Virus record (IMG/VR): IMGVR_UViG_3300031566_000098
Location: 1-44,397 of that record
Length of the DNA: 44,397 nt
Strand: one strand, 5' to 3'
DNA from: a virus
Every line of letters starts with the position of its first letter. Within the stretch, counting starts at the first letter, position 1. The translations under genes were made by a program, and so were the position numbers. Under the pieces are notes generated by a model. The model did no database searches. It saw only the letters and a program-made list of their open reading frames with translations, and was not told the origin of the DNA. This document shows, piece after piece, positions 1 through 8,624 of the stretch.

Positions 1-127
1 AACCTTGCCGAATTAGAGACTGGTATTATCTATCTAACCCTGAGAGACGGGTTAAATCTCGGAGATTCTCCCTTAGCAGAAATGCTGGCGAACTTGGAAT
101 TATCAGACGGCACTAAACTTGGGGACT
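1..127. repeat. Terminal direct repeat, exact copy of 44271..44397; assembly overlap of a circular or circularly permuted genome
   Basis: The first 127 nt are identical base for base to the last 127 nt, which implies a 44270-bp unit genome. Confidence 0.95.
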
Positions 128-402
128 CTCCGTTGGTAAATATACTAGCCAGCTTAGGGATAACAGATGGATTAACGTTTGGCGACACTACGTTAAAACT
201 CGTTAAGTTACTTACCCTATCAGACGGAGTGAAGTTTGCTGACACAGGGCAATTATCTGCGTTAATGAATGTCAGTATATCTGATGGAATGAAGCTGGGA
301 GATGTGCCAATGATAAATTACTTCTTTCGTGTCATATCTCTAGTCGTTCAGCTATACAATAGAAACCTGACAACAAAATTAAGATTTAAGAGCGGAATAT
401 AA
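1..402 (+). CDS. Tail fibre protein, C-terminal part (continuation of 43182..44397 across the circular junction)
   Basis: 43182..44270 is exactly 363 codons, so position 1 is in frame. The repeats continue and the stop is TAA 400..402. The C-terminus is ...LYNRNLTTKLRFKSGI. Confidence 0.8.
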   Translation, partial: NLAELETGIIYLTLRDGLNLGDSPLAEMLANLELSDGTKLGDSPLVNILASLGITDGLTFGDTTLKLVKLLTLSDGVKFADTGQLSALMNVSISDGMKLGDVPMINYFFRVISLVVQLYNRNLTTKLRFKSGI

Positions 403-1173
403 ATGGCAATAAAGCACACATTTACAAGCGAAGTAGAAGATGGGGCTGACGAAACTCTAGTCCGCCCTGTGGACTGGAACGCTGACCATGAAGGAACAGC
501 CACGCCAGACGCTCATGCTGCATCGCATGGCTATCTTGGAGCTGATGAGTTTTCCCCTATAAGACCAATATCACAAAGGGGAATACCCTTCGTTTATAAG
601 AATTGGATGAACATTGACGGCTTTACTGAAGCGCATACTGGCTCTGGTGGGTTTACCCCAGGATTTCTTTATGGGAATCTCGTTACTGGGATAACTAATA
701 ATTCAGAGGGTATTATTTATGACACAGCAGGTTTTTGGCAGGCTTATGCTGGATACGGTTACTCTTGGGGAACGAAAGTAAATATTAGGCAGGGCACTAC
801 TCAAACTATATGGATTGGGATGCTAGGAGTCCCCGCAACACCATCCCTTACCCAGAATCATGTAGCGTTTTATTTAGATACATCTGGTAAGCTTTGGGCT
901 TCGTCTGGTAATGGGACTAATGGGACACAGACAGATACTGGTCTAACCCACACAAATGGCACTAAGGATTGGATTCTTTCAATCTATGGCAACGCCACTG
1001 GACTGTATTTCTATGTAGGTCATGTGCTGAAGGCAACGCATCTTCTGGCGAGTTCTTACTACCCCAATTCTGTCGTCTGCTATTACACTATGTATATTAA
1101 GAACGCCACCGATGGAGCGACTAGAGCAATATTCTGCTATCCATTGAATATGTTTGCGCAATTCGCTTACTAA
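403..1173 (+). CDS. Tail fibre-like protein (256 aa)
   Basis: The ATG directly follows the upstream TAA. The N-terminal VRPVDWNADHEG motif resembles conserved N-termini of phage tail fibres (recollection, not searched). The C-terminal half is Gly/Thr/Asn/Tyr-rich. It lies between two repeat-fibre paralogs. Confidence 0.55.
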   Translation: MAIKHTFTSEVEDGADETLVRPVDWNADHEGTATPDAHAASHGYLGADEFSPIRPISQRGIPFVYKNWMNIDGFTEAHTGSGGFTPGFLYGNLVTGITNNSEGIIYDTAGFWQAYAGYGYSWGTKVNIRQGTTQTIWIGMLGVPATPSLTQNHVAFYLDTSGKLWASSGNGTNGTQTDTGLTHTNGTKDWILSIYGNATGLYFYVGHVLKATHLLASSYYPNSVVCYYTMYIKNATDGATRAIFCYPLNMFAQFAY

Positions 1174-1190
1174 AAGGGAGATGGTGAATA

Positions 1191-1676
1191 ATGGCAGGAG
1201 CTTTTCAAAGTAACGCATTTCAAAACAATGCCTTTCAGTCTATCACTATTTATCAATTATCGCTGAGTGATGGCTTAGATTTAGGTGATACGCCTCTAAG
1301 AAATATCTTAGCCTCTTTGAATATCTCAGATGGCTTGGAACTCGGAGATGCACTTCTAGGGAATATCCTAGCCACTCTTAATATCGCAGATGGTGTTACT
1401 CTAGGTGATGTTCCCATAAGGTATATGACTGCCCATTTACAAAGCACTGATGGGCTGAAACTTGGAGACAGCGAGACACTATCCGCCATAATGAGTATCA
1501 GTTTATTAGATGGCTTTACACTGGGCGATTTAATAAGGCTAGGCAGCATTGATTTTGCATCTTTCGTTTTACGGCTCTATGGCAGGAATTTAACAACAAG
1601 ATTACGAGATAGAAGTTTTACTATGAAACTTTACGATAGGCATTTGAATGTCAATATTGGAGGGACACATGAGTAG
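1191..1676 (+). CDS. Short repeat-rich fibre protein, paralog of the 43182..402 product
   Basis: Five 20-aa repeats (LSLSDGLDLGD, LNISDGLELGD, LNIADGVTLGD, LQSTDGLKLGD, ISLLDGFTLGD). It shares the C-terminal motif LYGRNLTTRLR with LYNRNLTTKLR of the long paralog. Confidence 0.7.
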   Translation: MAGAFQSNAFQNNAFQSITIYQLSLSDGLDLGDTPLRNILASLNISDGLELGDALLGNILATLNIADGVTLGDVPIRYMTAHLQSTDGLKLGDSETLSAIMSISLLDGFTLGDLIRLGSIDFASFVLRLYGRNLTTRLRDRSFTMKLYDRHLNVNIGGTHE

Positions 1677-1986
1677 CGATATAACCGTACCTATAAATGA
1701 CTATGGCTATAGGTTGGATTTCACAGTGCAGGATGATGATGGAGGTGCCTATAACCTATTGGGCTATACGGTAACTATAAAAGTCTGGATACCGAATTTA
1801 TCATCTGACCCGATACTTACTGGAACTTGCTCTCCTGACATCGTCGCAGATGGCACTTGTTATTACTCAGTCAAGGATGGAGATTTTGATACAGTGGGCG
1901 ATTATCTTGTTGAACTAGAACTAACTAAAGATGAAGTTCTCGAAAGCACGAGAAATTACACGCTTCGTGTCGAAGAGAGTCCATAA
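1669..1986 (+). CDS. Small virion protein, Ig-like or BppU-N-like candidate (105 aa)
   Basis: GGAGGG lies upstream of ATG 1669. The pattern YRLDFTVQDDDGGAYNLLGYTVTIKVW...GDYLVELELT resembles baseplate-upper-protein N-terminal domains (recollection only). Confidence 0.45.
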   Translation: MSSDITVPINDYGYRLDFTVQDDDGGAYNLLGYTVTIKVWIPNLSSDPILTGTCSPDIVADGTCYYSVKDGDFDTVGDYLVELELTKDEVLESTRNYTLRVEESP

Positions 1987-1995
1987 GGAGGAAAT

Positions 1996-2832
1996 ATGAC
2001 TATAGCCCTCACAGCATTTCTAACCAAATTAAATAATCTTATAGACGACAACCTAAACGGCACGACTGACGCTGCTGGTAACGCCACCTTTACGACACTT
2101 ATAGATTCGGGATTGAGCAAATACGATGATAGTTACTTCGGCGACCCTGAAAGAAATACTCAATGGTGGGTATATACTGAAAGCCAGCTTCGTTCTATTA
2201 AGCAGTTCGTATCGGCAAGTGGAACGATAAGTGTTCATAAGGCGTTTACTGCTCGGATTGCAACTTCAAAGGCGTATTCGATACACCGCTTTGACCGAGA
2301 CAAGAAAAAGGCAGCCATCAATCAGGCACTAAATGACGCTTACCCATATTTTTATCTAAGAGTAGATGACGAAACTACATTAGATGGTACTGGGGCAGGC
2401 GACAATGAATATGAAGTACCCGCTACCTTTACTGAGTTCCCTGACCAGATTTCGAAGAAACATACATCGGGAACCATAATAACTTACACACCGATTACTG
2501 ATTTTGTTGCTAAGAAATTAGATGACAAGTGGTATTTCTATGCCGACATCACGACAGGCGATGACATATTACTTGCCGGCAAGACATATTTAACTCAGTT
2601 CACCACTGATGCTTCACTCACGGAATTATCTAGCGGCCAAGCTGACGTGGTTGCTTTACTAGCTGCTTCTATTCTCTATCGTAACCTTTCAGGATTAGTA
2701 AACGCTACTGATTCAGGAAGATTTGATAGCTTGGCAAATAGATACGAGCAAATGTGGGAGGCAAAGAAAGTAAAGGCATCAATGCCCGTACTTACTTCAG
2801 AAAAACTAGACTGGAGTTGGCTAAATGAATAA
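1996..2832 (+). CDS. Virion structural protein (278 aa), adaptor or tail candidate
   Basis: AAGGAGG precedes the ATG. It sits in the tail gene block. No motif was recognised. Confidence 0.55.
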   Translation: MTIALTAFLTKLNNLIDDNLNGTTDAAGNATFTTLIDSGLSKYDDSYFGDPERNTQWWVYTESQLRSIKQFVSASGTISVHKAFTARIATSKAYSIHRFDRDKKKAAINQALNDAYPYFYLRVDDETTLDGTGAGDNEYEVPATFTEFPDQISKKHTSGTIITYTPITDFVAKKLDDKWYFYADITTGDDILLAGKTYLTQFTTDASLTELSSGQADVVALLAASILYRNLSGLVNATDSGRFDSLANRYEQMWEAKKVKASMPVLTSEKLDWSWLNE

Positions 2833-3040
2833 AGACAAATTAAAAGAGAAAGTCATAAAAGACGGGAAGGAACAATATCTATCAGCCCAGGAATATGGGT
2901 TAATGACAGCCAATGAGAAGGTGTTAGTCAAGGAAATCCTGAAGGACGAGAAACTGGATGCTGATGAGTATGAAAGGAAAATGAAGGCTCTCTGGCCAAA
3001 AGAGTTTAAGCCTGAGCCATTAGCATGGAGGCGTAGATAG
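2825..3040 (+). CDS. Hypothetical Lys/Glu-rich protein (71 aa)
   Basis: The ORF overlaps its neighbours at both ends, which suggests translational coupling. Confidence 0.5.
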   Translation: MNKDKLKEKVIKDGKEQYLSAQEYGLMTANEKVLVKEILKDEKLDADEYERKMKALWPKEFKPEPLAWRRR

Positions 3041-5610
3041 TGAGTGAATCCTATGACGTGAAATTCCTGCACCTGACTACTGCAATCAAGGTTGAGGCTG
3101 CTGCTAAAGCGACATCAATAGATGTTGACTCAACAACGGGTATGGCAGCAGAAGAGGCTATCTCTATCGTTTTAGATGATGATAGTACACATTGGGACAT
3201 CATAACCTCAATCACTGATTCGGATACCCTTGTAATCAAGTCAGGCATACCAACAGGACGACACGCCAAAGTGGGTGCGGTTGTTAAGACTTATTACGCT
3301 TATATGCTCCGCCAGCACGAACAATTAAAGGACTGGCTAGTAACTGAAGCTCCTCTATTACCGCAGACTTTAATAACCGAGTCTGCTTCTCCGTCAAGTA
3401 TAGAACCTGAAAGGGAGATACAGATTTCTCAGGTGGACTGGAGAAAGGGTATTCAGGACTTTTTATTAGAGGATGAACATAAGTATAACGAGTCCGAGAA
3501 TTGTGATGCTCGTTTCAAGGGGATGGTGATATTAAGCCCGAAGAAGTTAAGCTCTATCAGCTTTGCAAATGCCCCAACAGTCAATCCATTACTAAATGCA
3601 GACCTGGAGAATTGGACAGGGGCAGTTCTTGATAATTGGCTTGCATTGACAGGCTCTCTCCCTGAGCAAAGCTCAGTCCAGAAACACTATGGATTGTATG
3701 CGGGAAGGTGGTACTCAGGAAATAATAGTTGGCAAACTCACATAGTGTATCAGGATATTTTTACCAGTGGAAACTTACCATCTAGCTTAAAGGGAAAGGT
3801 TTTTACATTTGCTGCGTGGATTCAGTTTCTTGGTACTCTGAATCCTGGTTATTACGGCAAAGTAATAGTAGATGACGGGGCAAGCACAACTGATGGTAAT
3901 TCCATTACCACAAAAAATAGTTGGCTGAAATCTACGGCAAGCCACACTATATCTGCCACTGCTACCAAATTAAGGGTGGAGATGAAGGTTTATTTCTGTG
4001 CGAATTCTGTTACTGATGAAGCTTATGCTTATATTGATGATACCTCTCTTGTTTATTTTGTAGCTAATCCAAGCGGTTCTACGGTGGATATGGTTGAATT
4101 TGGGGATAATAATATAGTAGCGGTAGGGGCTAACCTTTATTCAACAGACGGAAGCACAACGACCTGGCTTAATACCTTCCCCAAGACAATCACTGCTTTA
4201 CGTGTCTTTGAGAACAGACTTTATATCGCCCAGGGCTGGAGTGACGAATATTTCTACACCTCAGATTTAATCACCTTTACTGAGTGTACGCTATCCAACA
4301 GCACGGCTAAGTATATGTCAGTTGTAGGAGCAAACTTCTGGATTAGCGATTCAAACAATACAATGCGGGTCAGCGATAACCCGATAAATGGGGGGACGGC
4401 CTTCACTGGTGGTGATGGGTACACAGTCGGCAGTGATGATTGGGACATTACGGGATTGGTTGACCACGATTCCATAGTCTTTGCCCGCAAGGAAGACGAT
4501 GTTTATTATCTTAGTGGAAGTGATGTTTACTCTCTTTTAGGGCTTGGTACAGAGGCTTCCACGACTTATACATACGGCTTATACCTATGGGGTGATTGTT
4601 TATACATCCCGTCTGGTGTGAACTCGTTATATGAATATGACATAGGTTCTGGGATTGCAACTGTAATTTCGCCAGTAAGATACGCTTCAGGGGATGCTAA
4701 CTATGATGAGGAAGTATTAGCAATTTGCCATGACGAAACCTATCTTTATTGTGCCATAGATAACGGCTCTGACATTAAAATCCTTGCTGGCAGGTGGGAG
4801 ACTGTTGATAACGATACCGACTGGTATTGGCATCCATTATATGACAAGACATCTAACGACATAACGACAATGCTTATTTCCTCTTTAAGCGGTGCTAAGA
4901 GACTATACGCCGGCACAGATACTTATACTGACGGTATTCTCCCGTTTATTGTGCCAGTCGGATATTCGGCTGTTTATCTTGAAAGCGGGTTTAAGTGTGA
5001 GGCTTCAGGGGATTTCATCACTCCCTGGCAGACTTCTAATTTTCCGACAGAAGATAAGTTTTGGAAATCCAAAGACATCACAAGCATCTGCATTACAGGC
5101 AAGACAAGTATCACGCCTTATTATCAGGTCAAAGGTGGAGAGTGGACAGCTTTGGCAGCCTGTACTACAAGTGCTTTAGACGATGGCAATTACCCATCTG
5201 AAACGACTGATAGCAGAACGGTAGGGTTATCATCAGAAAGGATACGCTATAAGTATTCTATGGCTACTACCGATGATGATTATACCCCTATCCTCTATGG
5301 CACAGGCGGAGGGTATGTAAGTTTTGCGGTTCTACAGGCAACTAGGAAAAGGCAAATAGTAGCCACTATATTAGTCGCACCTTACATCAGGGAACGGAAC
5401 GGCAGCAGGATAGCAAGGACAGTGGCAACTGATTTATCTAACCTGCTAACTCTGTATCAGGCGAATGGGAAGATGACGGTTGTTGGCCCAGATAGCACGG
5501 AATACAGCACCGTTTTTGCCAGAAATGGATATGATGTGCAGTTAGCCTATGGTGAAGAAATAATAAGACCCGAAAACTGGTGGTGTACGGTTAGGTTATT
5601 GGAGTTATAG
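3040..5610 (+). CDS. Large tail protein (856 aa) with a CBM/jelly-roll-like domain; tail spike or nozzle candidate
   Basis: GTG start overlaps the upstream stop. The segment NADLENWTGAVLDNW...KLRVEMKVYF...AYIDDTSLVY resembles CBM4_9-type sugar-binding jelly rolls. The downstream part is rich in Gly/Asp/Tyr/Trp beta-strand repeats. Confidence 0.55.
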   Translation: MSESYDVKFLHLTTAIKVEAAAKATSIDVDSTTGMAAEEAISIVLDDDSTHWDIITSITDSDTLVIKSGIPTGRHAKVGAVVKTYYAYMLRQHEQLKDWLVTEAPLLPQTLITESASPSSIEPEREIQISQVDWRKGIQDFLLEDEHKYNESENCDARFKGMVILSPKKLSSISFANAPTVNPLLNADLENWTGAVLDNWLALTGSLPEQSSVQKHYGLYAGRWYSGNNSWQTHIVYQDIFTSGNLPSSLKGKVFTFAAWIQFLGTLNPGYYGKVIVDDGASTTDGNSITTKNSWLKSTASHTISATATKLRVEMKVYFCANSVTDEAYAYIDDTSLVYFVANPSGSTVDMVEFGDNNIVAVGANLYSTDGSTTTWLNTFPKTITALRVFENRLYIAQGWSDEYFYTSDLITFTECTLSNSTAKYMSVVGANFWISDSNNTMRVSDNPINGGTAFTGGDGYTVGSDDWDITGLVDHDSIVFARKEDDVYYLSGSDVYSLLGLGTEASTTYTYGLYLWGDCLYIPSGVNSLYEYDIGSGIATVISPVRYASGDANYDEEVLAICHDETYLYCAIDNGSDIKILAGRWETVDNDTDWYWHPLYDKTSNDITTMLISSLSGAKRLYAGTDTYTDGILPFIVPVGYSAVYLESGFKCEASGDFITPWQTSNFPTEDKFWKSKDITSICITGKTSITPYYQVKGGEWTALAACTTSALDDGNYPSETTDSRTVGLSSERIRYKYSMATTDDDYTPILYGTGGGYVSFAVLQATRKRQIVATILVAPYIRERNGSRIARTVATDLSNLLTLYQANGKMTVVGPDSTEYSTVFARNGYDVQLAYGEEIIRPENWWCTVRLLEL

Positions 5611-5611
5611 A

Positions 5612-6016
5612 ATGAAAGTAAGTGATGTTCAATTCATAACAAATTCAGGCGACCATAAGGGAACAAAGTATAACTTTACCCTAGCTGAACAGAACGGTCA
5701 GAAGGCGTGGCAGGTAACGAGATTGTTTCAATCAGCCCCCGCAATGGCGAAGGAAAAGATTGAGATGATGATTGCCATCAAGGAACAGAACATTCCCTTG
5801 AGTGGTGGGGTGGAGCTGACGCAAGCCAATAAGATTTTAGGCCAACTAGAGATTATCGCAACGGAAACCACTCCTGTTACATTGGTGGGATTAGACAGGG
5901 TGGAACGCCTTGTGAGGGTTGATAGAAGTGGGTTTAGCCTAGCACCGACAATATCCGAGAAGGACAGGGAGCCAGAATATGCCGTGTCAATCACTTGTTG
6001 GTCAATTTATGAATAA
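5612..6016 (+). CDS. Hypothetical virion protein (134 aa), paralog of 6032..6424
   Basis: Shared blocks: GQKAWQVTRLFQSAP vs GQKKWSVQQLFKQPP, TLVGLD in both, and YAVSITCWSIYE vs YEIAISCWNLYQT. Confidence 0.6.
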   Translation: MKVSDVQFITNSGDHKGTKYNFTLAEQNGQKAWQVTRLFQSAPAMAKEKIEMMIAIKEQNIPLSGGVELTQANKILGQLEIIATETTPVTLVGLDRVERLVRVDRSGFSLAPTISEKDREPEYAVSITCWSIYE

Positions 6017-6031
6017 GGAGAAATTAAAGAT

Positions 6032-6424
6032 ATGAGTAGTGATATAACATTCACGCTTGGTGCAACCAGCTACGAATATATGCTTGCATCAGACGATAAT
6101 GGCCAGAAGAAGTGGAGCGTTCAGCAATTATTCAAACAACCACCGTCATTACTAAAAGATAAAATAGACATGACGATTAAGGCAGCAGCATCCACAAGGG
6201 AATCGGATGGTGATGTTGTCACCACAAAAACTATTTCTACTGTTATGACGCAACTTCGCACTCTGGCAGATGGTAGCACTATTACACTGGTGGGACTTGA
6301 TGCCCAAACCTACTATGTTACCTTCGACCCCAATGCCACTAGTGTCCGAAGTGTTACTGACGAATCGGGCAGGATAGTCGAGTATGAAATTGCTATTTCC
6401 TGCTGGAATCTATATCAGACATAG
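6032..6424 (+). CDS. Hypothetical virion protein (130 aa), paralog of 5612..6016
   Basis: AAGGAG SD. See the paralog evidence for 5612..6016. Confidence 0.6.
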   Translation: MSSDITFTLGATSYEYMLASDDNGQKKWSVQQLFKQPPSLLKDKIDMTIKAAASTRESDGDVVTTKTISTVMTQLRTLADGSTITLVGLDAQTYYVTFDPNATSVRSVTDESGRIVEYEIAISCWNLYQT

Positions 6425-6433
6425 GAGGACAAT

Positions 6434-6697
6434 ATGACTCATATTAATTTTGAAACTAAATCAGATAGAGAACTATTGGTACTCCTAGCCCAACAAGGTA
6501 ATGAGACCGTTGACCACCTGGCAAAGTTAAATAATACAATCGCTAAGCATGAGCAGAGACTTACCATACTTGAAGTTACGCCGGGTTGCGATAGTGCAAA
6601 GTCAAGATGGAAATCCAACTGGCAAACAATAACCCTGATAACTTCTATAATCGCATTGATTATCGTTGCGGTCGGCTCAAGAGTAAGTTGGTGGTAA
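6434..6697 (+). CDS. Small protein with a C-terminal transmembrane anchor (87 aa)
   Basis: AGGAGG SD. The hydrophobic tail is ITLITSIIALIIVAVG. Confidence 0.5.
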   Translation: MTHINFETKSDRELLVLLAQQGNETVDHLAKLNNTIAKHEQRLTILEVTPGCDSAKSRWKSNWQTITLITSIIALIIVAVGSRVSWW

Positions 6698-6707
6698 AGA
6701 AAAAATA

Positions 6708-6905
6708 ATGCCCGATAACCCCGAGCTCATTGACCAGTATAAAGATGAACTCCATCAACTTATTCAGAGGATGCGCAATGACGGCATCCCCCTTGATACC
6801 ACTCGTTTTGTCTTTCAAGAGACGACAGAGGACCTTGATACAATGGTCTATTCTGCGTCTGGTTTGAGCCAGGATGCCCCTGAGAAGCCCGAGAAAGGGC
6901 ATTGA
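6708..6905 (+). CDS. Hypothetical acidic protein (65 aa)
   Basis: ORF only. It is the last gene before the terminator. Confidence 0.45.
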   Translation: MPDNPELIDQYKDELHQLIQRMRNDGIPLDTTRFVFQETTEDLDTMVYSASGLSQDAPEKPEKGH

Positions 6906-6968
6906 CGATACTCGCCTGCCTCTTTATACTCCCAGAAGATTTTACCCCCCTAAAATCGCAGATGAAAA

Positions 6969-6998
6969 CCCTGGTTGAAAAACCAGGGGGATTTTTTT
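6969..6998. terminator. Bidirectional rho-independent terminator between convergent operons
   Basis: CCCTGGTT-gaaa-AACCAGGG 8-bp stem (6969-6988), followed by a T7 run on the + strand. An A-run upstream gives a U-run on the - strand. Confidence 0.8.
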
Positions 6999-7000
6999 AT

Positions 7001-7159
7001 TTAATGAGCCTTTTTAAACCGCTCTATTTCCTTTTCTGAGATGGTATATTGAGCACCGATTTTTTTTACCCTGATTCTGCCCATGTCTTTCAGGCGATAC
7101 ACTTCACTGGGAGTAATGCCTAATTTCTGGGCTGCTTCTTTGATACTATAAATTTTCAT
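7001..7159 (-). CDS. xis: Excisionase-type small HTH DNA-binding protein (52 aa)
   Basis: Hand translation: MKIYSIKEAAQKLGITPSEVYRLKDMGRIRVKKIGAQYTISEKEIERFKKAH. This is the typical excisionase/MerR-like HTH_17 pattern, and the gene is downstream of int. It is below the 60-aa cutoff of the ORF track. Confidence 0.65.
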   Translation of the reverse strand: MKIYSIKEAAQKLGITPSEVYRLKDMGRIRVKKIGAQYTISEKEIERFKKAH

Positions 7160-7529
7160 TTAGAATCCAGTCCTCGCCATTCCAGACCTTGTTGTATTTC
7201 TCTTTCATCACGAAGACAAGCCAGAGTTGTTCCATTGAGGTAAAAGACTGCCAGTAGTCATTCCATCCCATATCAGGGGCAAGTCCCGAATTAGCCTCTA
7301 TATCCAAACTCATCCAGAGAAAGTAAGGTCGTGACTCATTCACCATAGCCTGCAACTGGTCTTGCTCATAGAGCTTAATCATTTTATCAGTAGGGAAATA
7401 GACCTCACCCATTCTACCGCCAACTTTGCCAGTTTCCTTATCATAGTAATAATCCCCCTCTTGTGGTTCTTCCCGAAGTTCCTTGGGTAAAGCTAGGTGC
7501 ATCTTGATATAAGTTTCTGAAGTGTCCAT
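7146..7529 (-). CDS. Hypothetical protein (127 aa) between int and xis
   Basis: The ORF has its own consensus promoter immediately upstream. Its 3' end overlaps the xis start by 14 nt. Confidence 0.7.
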   Translation of the reverse strand: MDTSETYIKMHLALPKELREEPQEGDYYYDKETGKVGGRMGEVYFPTDKMIKLYEQDQLQAMVNESRPYFLWMSLDIEANSGLAPDMGWNDYWQSFTSMEQLWLVFVMKEKYNKVWNGEDWILNENL

Positions 7530-7536
7530 TTGTTAT

Positions 7537-7565
7537 ATTGTAAAACTTTTCTGAAATTCTGTCAA
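7537..7565 (-). promoter_or_regulatory. Sigma70-type promoter (TTGACA-17-TACAAT) driving ORF127-xis; possible leaderless transcript
   Basis: The minus strand reads TTGACA gaatttcagaaaagttt TACAAT ataacaa ATG. Only 7 nt separate the -10 from the start codon and there is no SD. Confidence 0.6.
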
Positions 7566-7569
7566 GTCC

Positions 7570-8541
7570 TTATTTTATAAGCCTATCAACCGGATGCTGT
7601 TTTCCCAGAGCCTTTAATGCCCGGCGCTGTTTGTGAGCTCGGGAATAGTTCTCTACCATTTTAAGGGAGGCATGGCCTAAGAGATACATTAAGTCTAATG
7701 GGTCCATCCCATTGTCAAGACAATCATTAGCGAAGGTATGACGGAAAACATGAGCGCTGGCTTTGTGGCCTGTTATTTCAGCGCGACTCATTAAGTCTTG
7801 AATCATCTGGCCAACGCCATTCCCGGTAAGCGGTCTGCCCTCTTCGGTGAGCCATAAAGACTCACTAGGGTTTTCCCTTATTTTCAGATATTGCCAGATG
7901 GTTTTTAATGTTCGAGATGAGATTGGCATTAGCCTTTGCTTTCTGCCCTTACCTATTATTGATATAAGGCGGGCCTCGATGTTGATGTCCACTATTTTAA
8001 TCTTGGCTAACTCCTCACGGCGGATCCCGGTGTCAATCAAGACTAATACCATTGCCCTATTTCGCAGTCCCAATGAGCCTGTGCAGGCATTGATTATTGA
8101 CTTCAACTCATCATCGGTAAAGGCTGGCTTAATAATGTCAGGGAGCTTTGGGGGGCTGAAGGTAAGCGGGCTTTTCAGGATATAGTTCTGCTTAACGCAC
8201 CAGTTTAAGAAAGCTCTGAGGGCTCGATACTTAGCATGGTAGGCGTAAATATGTGTGCTGTTTTGAGTGCTGAAAAAATACTTGATGTCGCCGGTGCCTA
8301 TATCATTTAATAATGTATCGGGTTTAATGAAATTAACAAACCACTTCAGCCGATCCCGGTAGAATAAAATGGTCTTGGGGCTTCTCTCCTCGATTTTGAG
8401 GTCTATTAAAAATTCCCCTAATGCTTCAGCTACGGATTTGGAAATCAGATGACTTAAAACCATCTCCCTAGATAGTAACCGTAAAAAATCAGAGGGTATT
8501 AAACGCCCATTTCCCTGATTCTTTGCCCAATTTACGTTCAT
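7570..8541 (-). CDS. int: Tyrosine recombinase (phage integrase)
   Basis: C-terminal catalytic motifs are present: DTGIRREEL (Arg), HVFRHTFA (H-x-x-R) and LLGHASLKMVENY (His, Tyr). I place the start at the internal ATG 8541 (MNVNWAK...), because the tracked N-terminal extension runs into the tRNA-like attP. Confidence 0.9.
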   Translation of the reverse strand: MNVNWAKNQGNGRLIPSDFLRLLSREMVLSHLISKSVAEALGEFLIDLKIEERSPKTILFYRDRLKWFVNFIKPDTLLNDIGTGDIKYFFSTQNSTHIYAYHAKYRALRAFLNWCVKQNYILKSPLTFSPPKLPDIIKPAFTDDELKSIINACTGSLGLRNRAMVLVLIDTGIRREELAKIKIVDINIEARLISIIGKGRKQRLMPISSRTLKTIWQYLKIRENPSESLWLTEEGRPLTGNGVGQMIQDLMSRAEITGHKASAHVFRHTFANDCLDNGMDPLDLMYLLGHASLKMVENYSRAHKQRRALKALGKQHPVDRLIK

Positions 8542-8587
8542 GGTGGAGCTGATGGGATTCGAACCCACTACCTTCTGACTGCCAGTC
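8541..8587 (-). other. attP core: 47 nt matching the 3' part (anticodon loop to CCA) of a tRNA-Ala(GGC)
   Basis: The minus strand reads GACTGGCAGTCAGAAGGTAGTGGGTTCGAATCCCATCAGCTCCACCA. It contains a T-arm GTGGG/TTCGAAT/CCCAT, an acceptor 3' strand with U70, discriminator A73 and CCA. The anticodon loop is CU-GGC-AG. Upstream sequence cannot form the 5' half, so this is not a complete tRNA gene. Confidence 0.7.
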
Positions 8588-8624
8588 CTTGCCCGTAAAA
8601 ACTAGCAAGGATGTTCTAGGGGTA

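Noticed and set aside
30-245. Long minus-strand ORFs across the fibre repeat regions (30-245, 1253-1549, 43829-44269), encoding SPxFxPS-type repeats
   Set aside because: They are the antisense reading of the 60-nt periodic fibre repeats. They have no start context or SD, and they mirror the plus-strand genes, which have proper coupling and conserved non-repeat termini.
2961-2975. CTGATGA...GAAA, resembling hammerhead ribozyme core motifs
   Set aside because: The spacer (gtat) cannot form stem II and there are no flanking stems I and III. It lies within a normal coding region (LDADEYERK).
7570-8568. The integrase N-terminal extension MGSNPISST in the ORF track
   Set aside because: Those codons are the reverse reading of the tRNA-like attP core (GGTTCGAATCCCATCAGCTCCACCA). 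The ATG at 8541 immediately after it is the sensible start.
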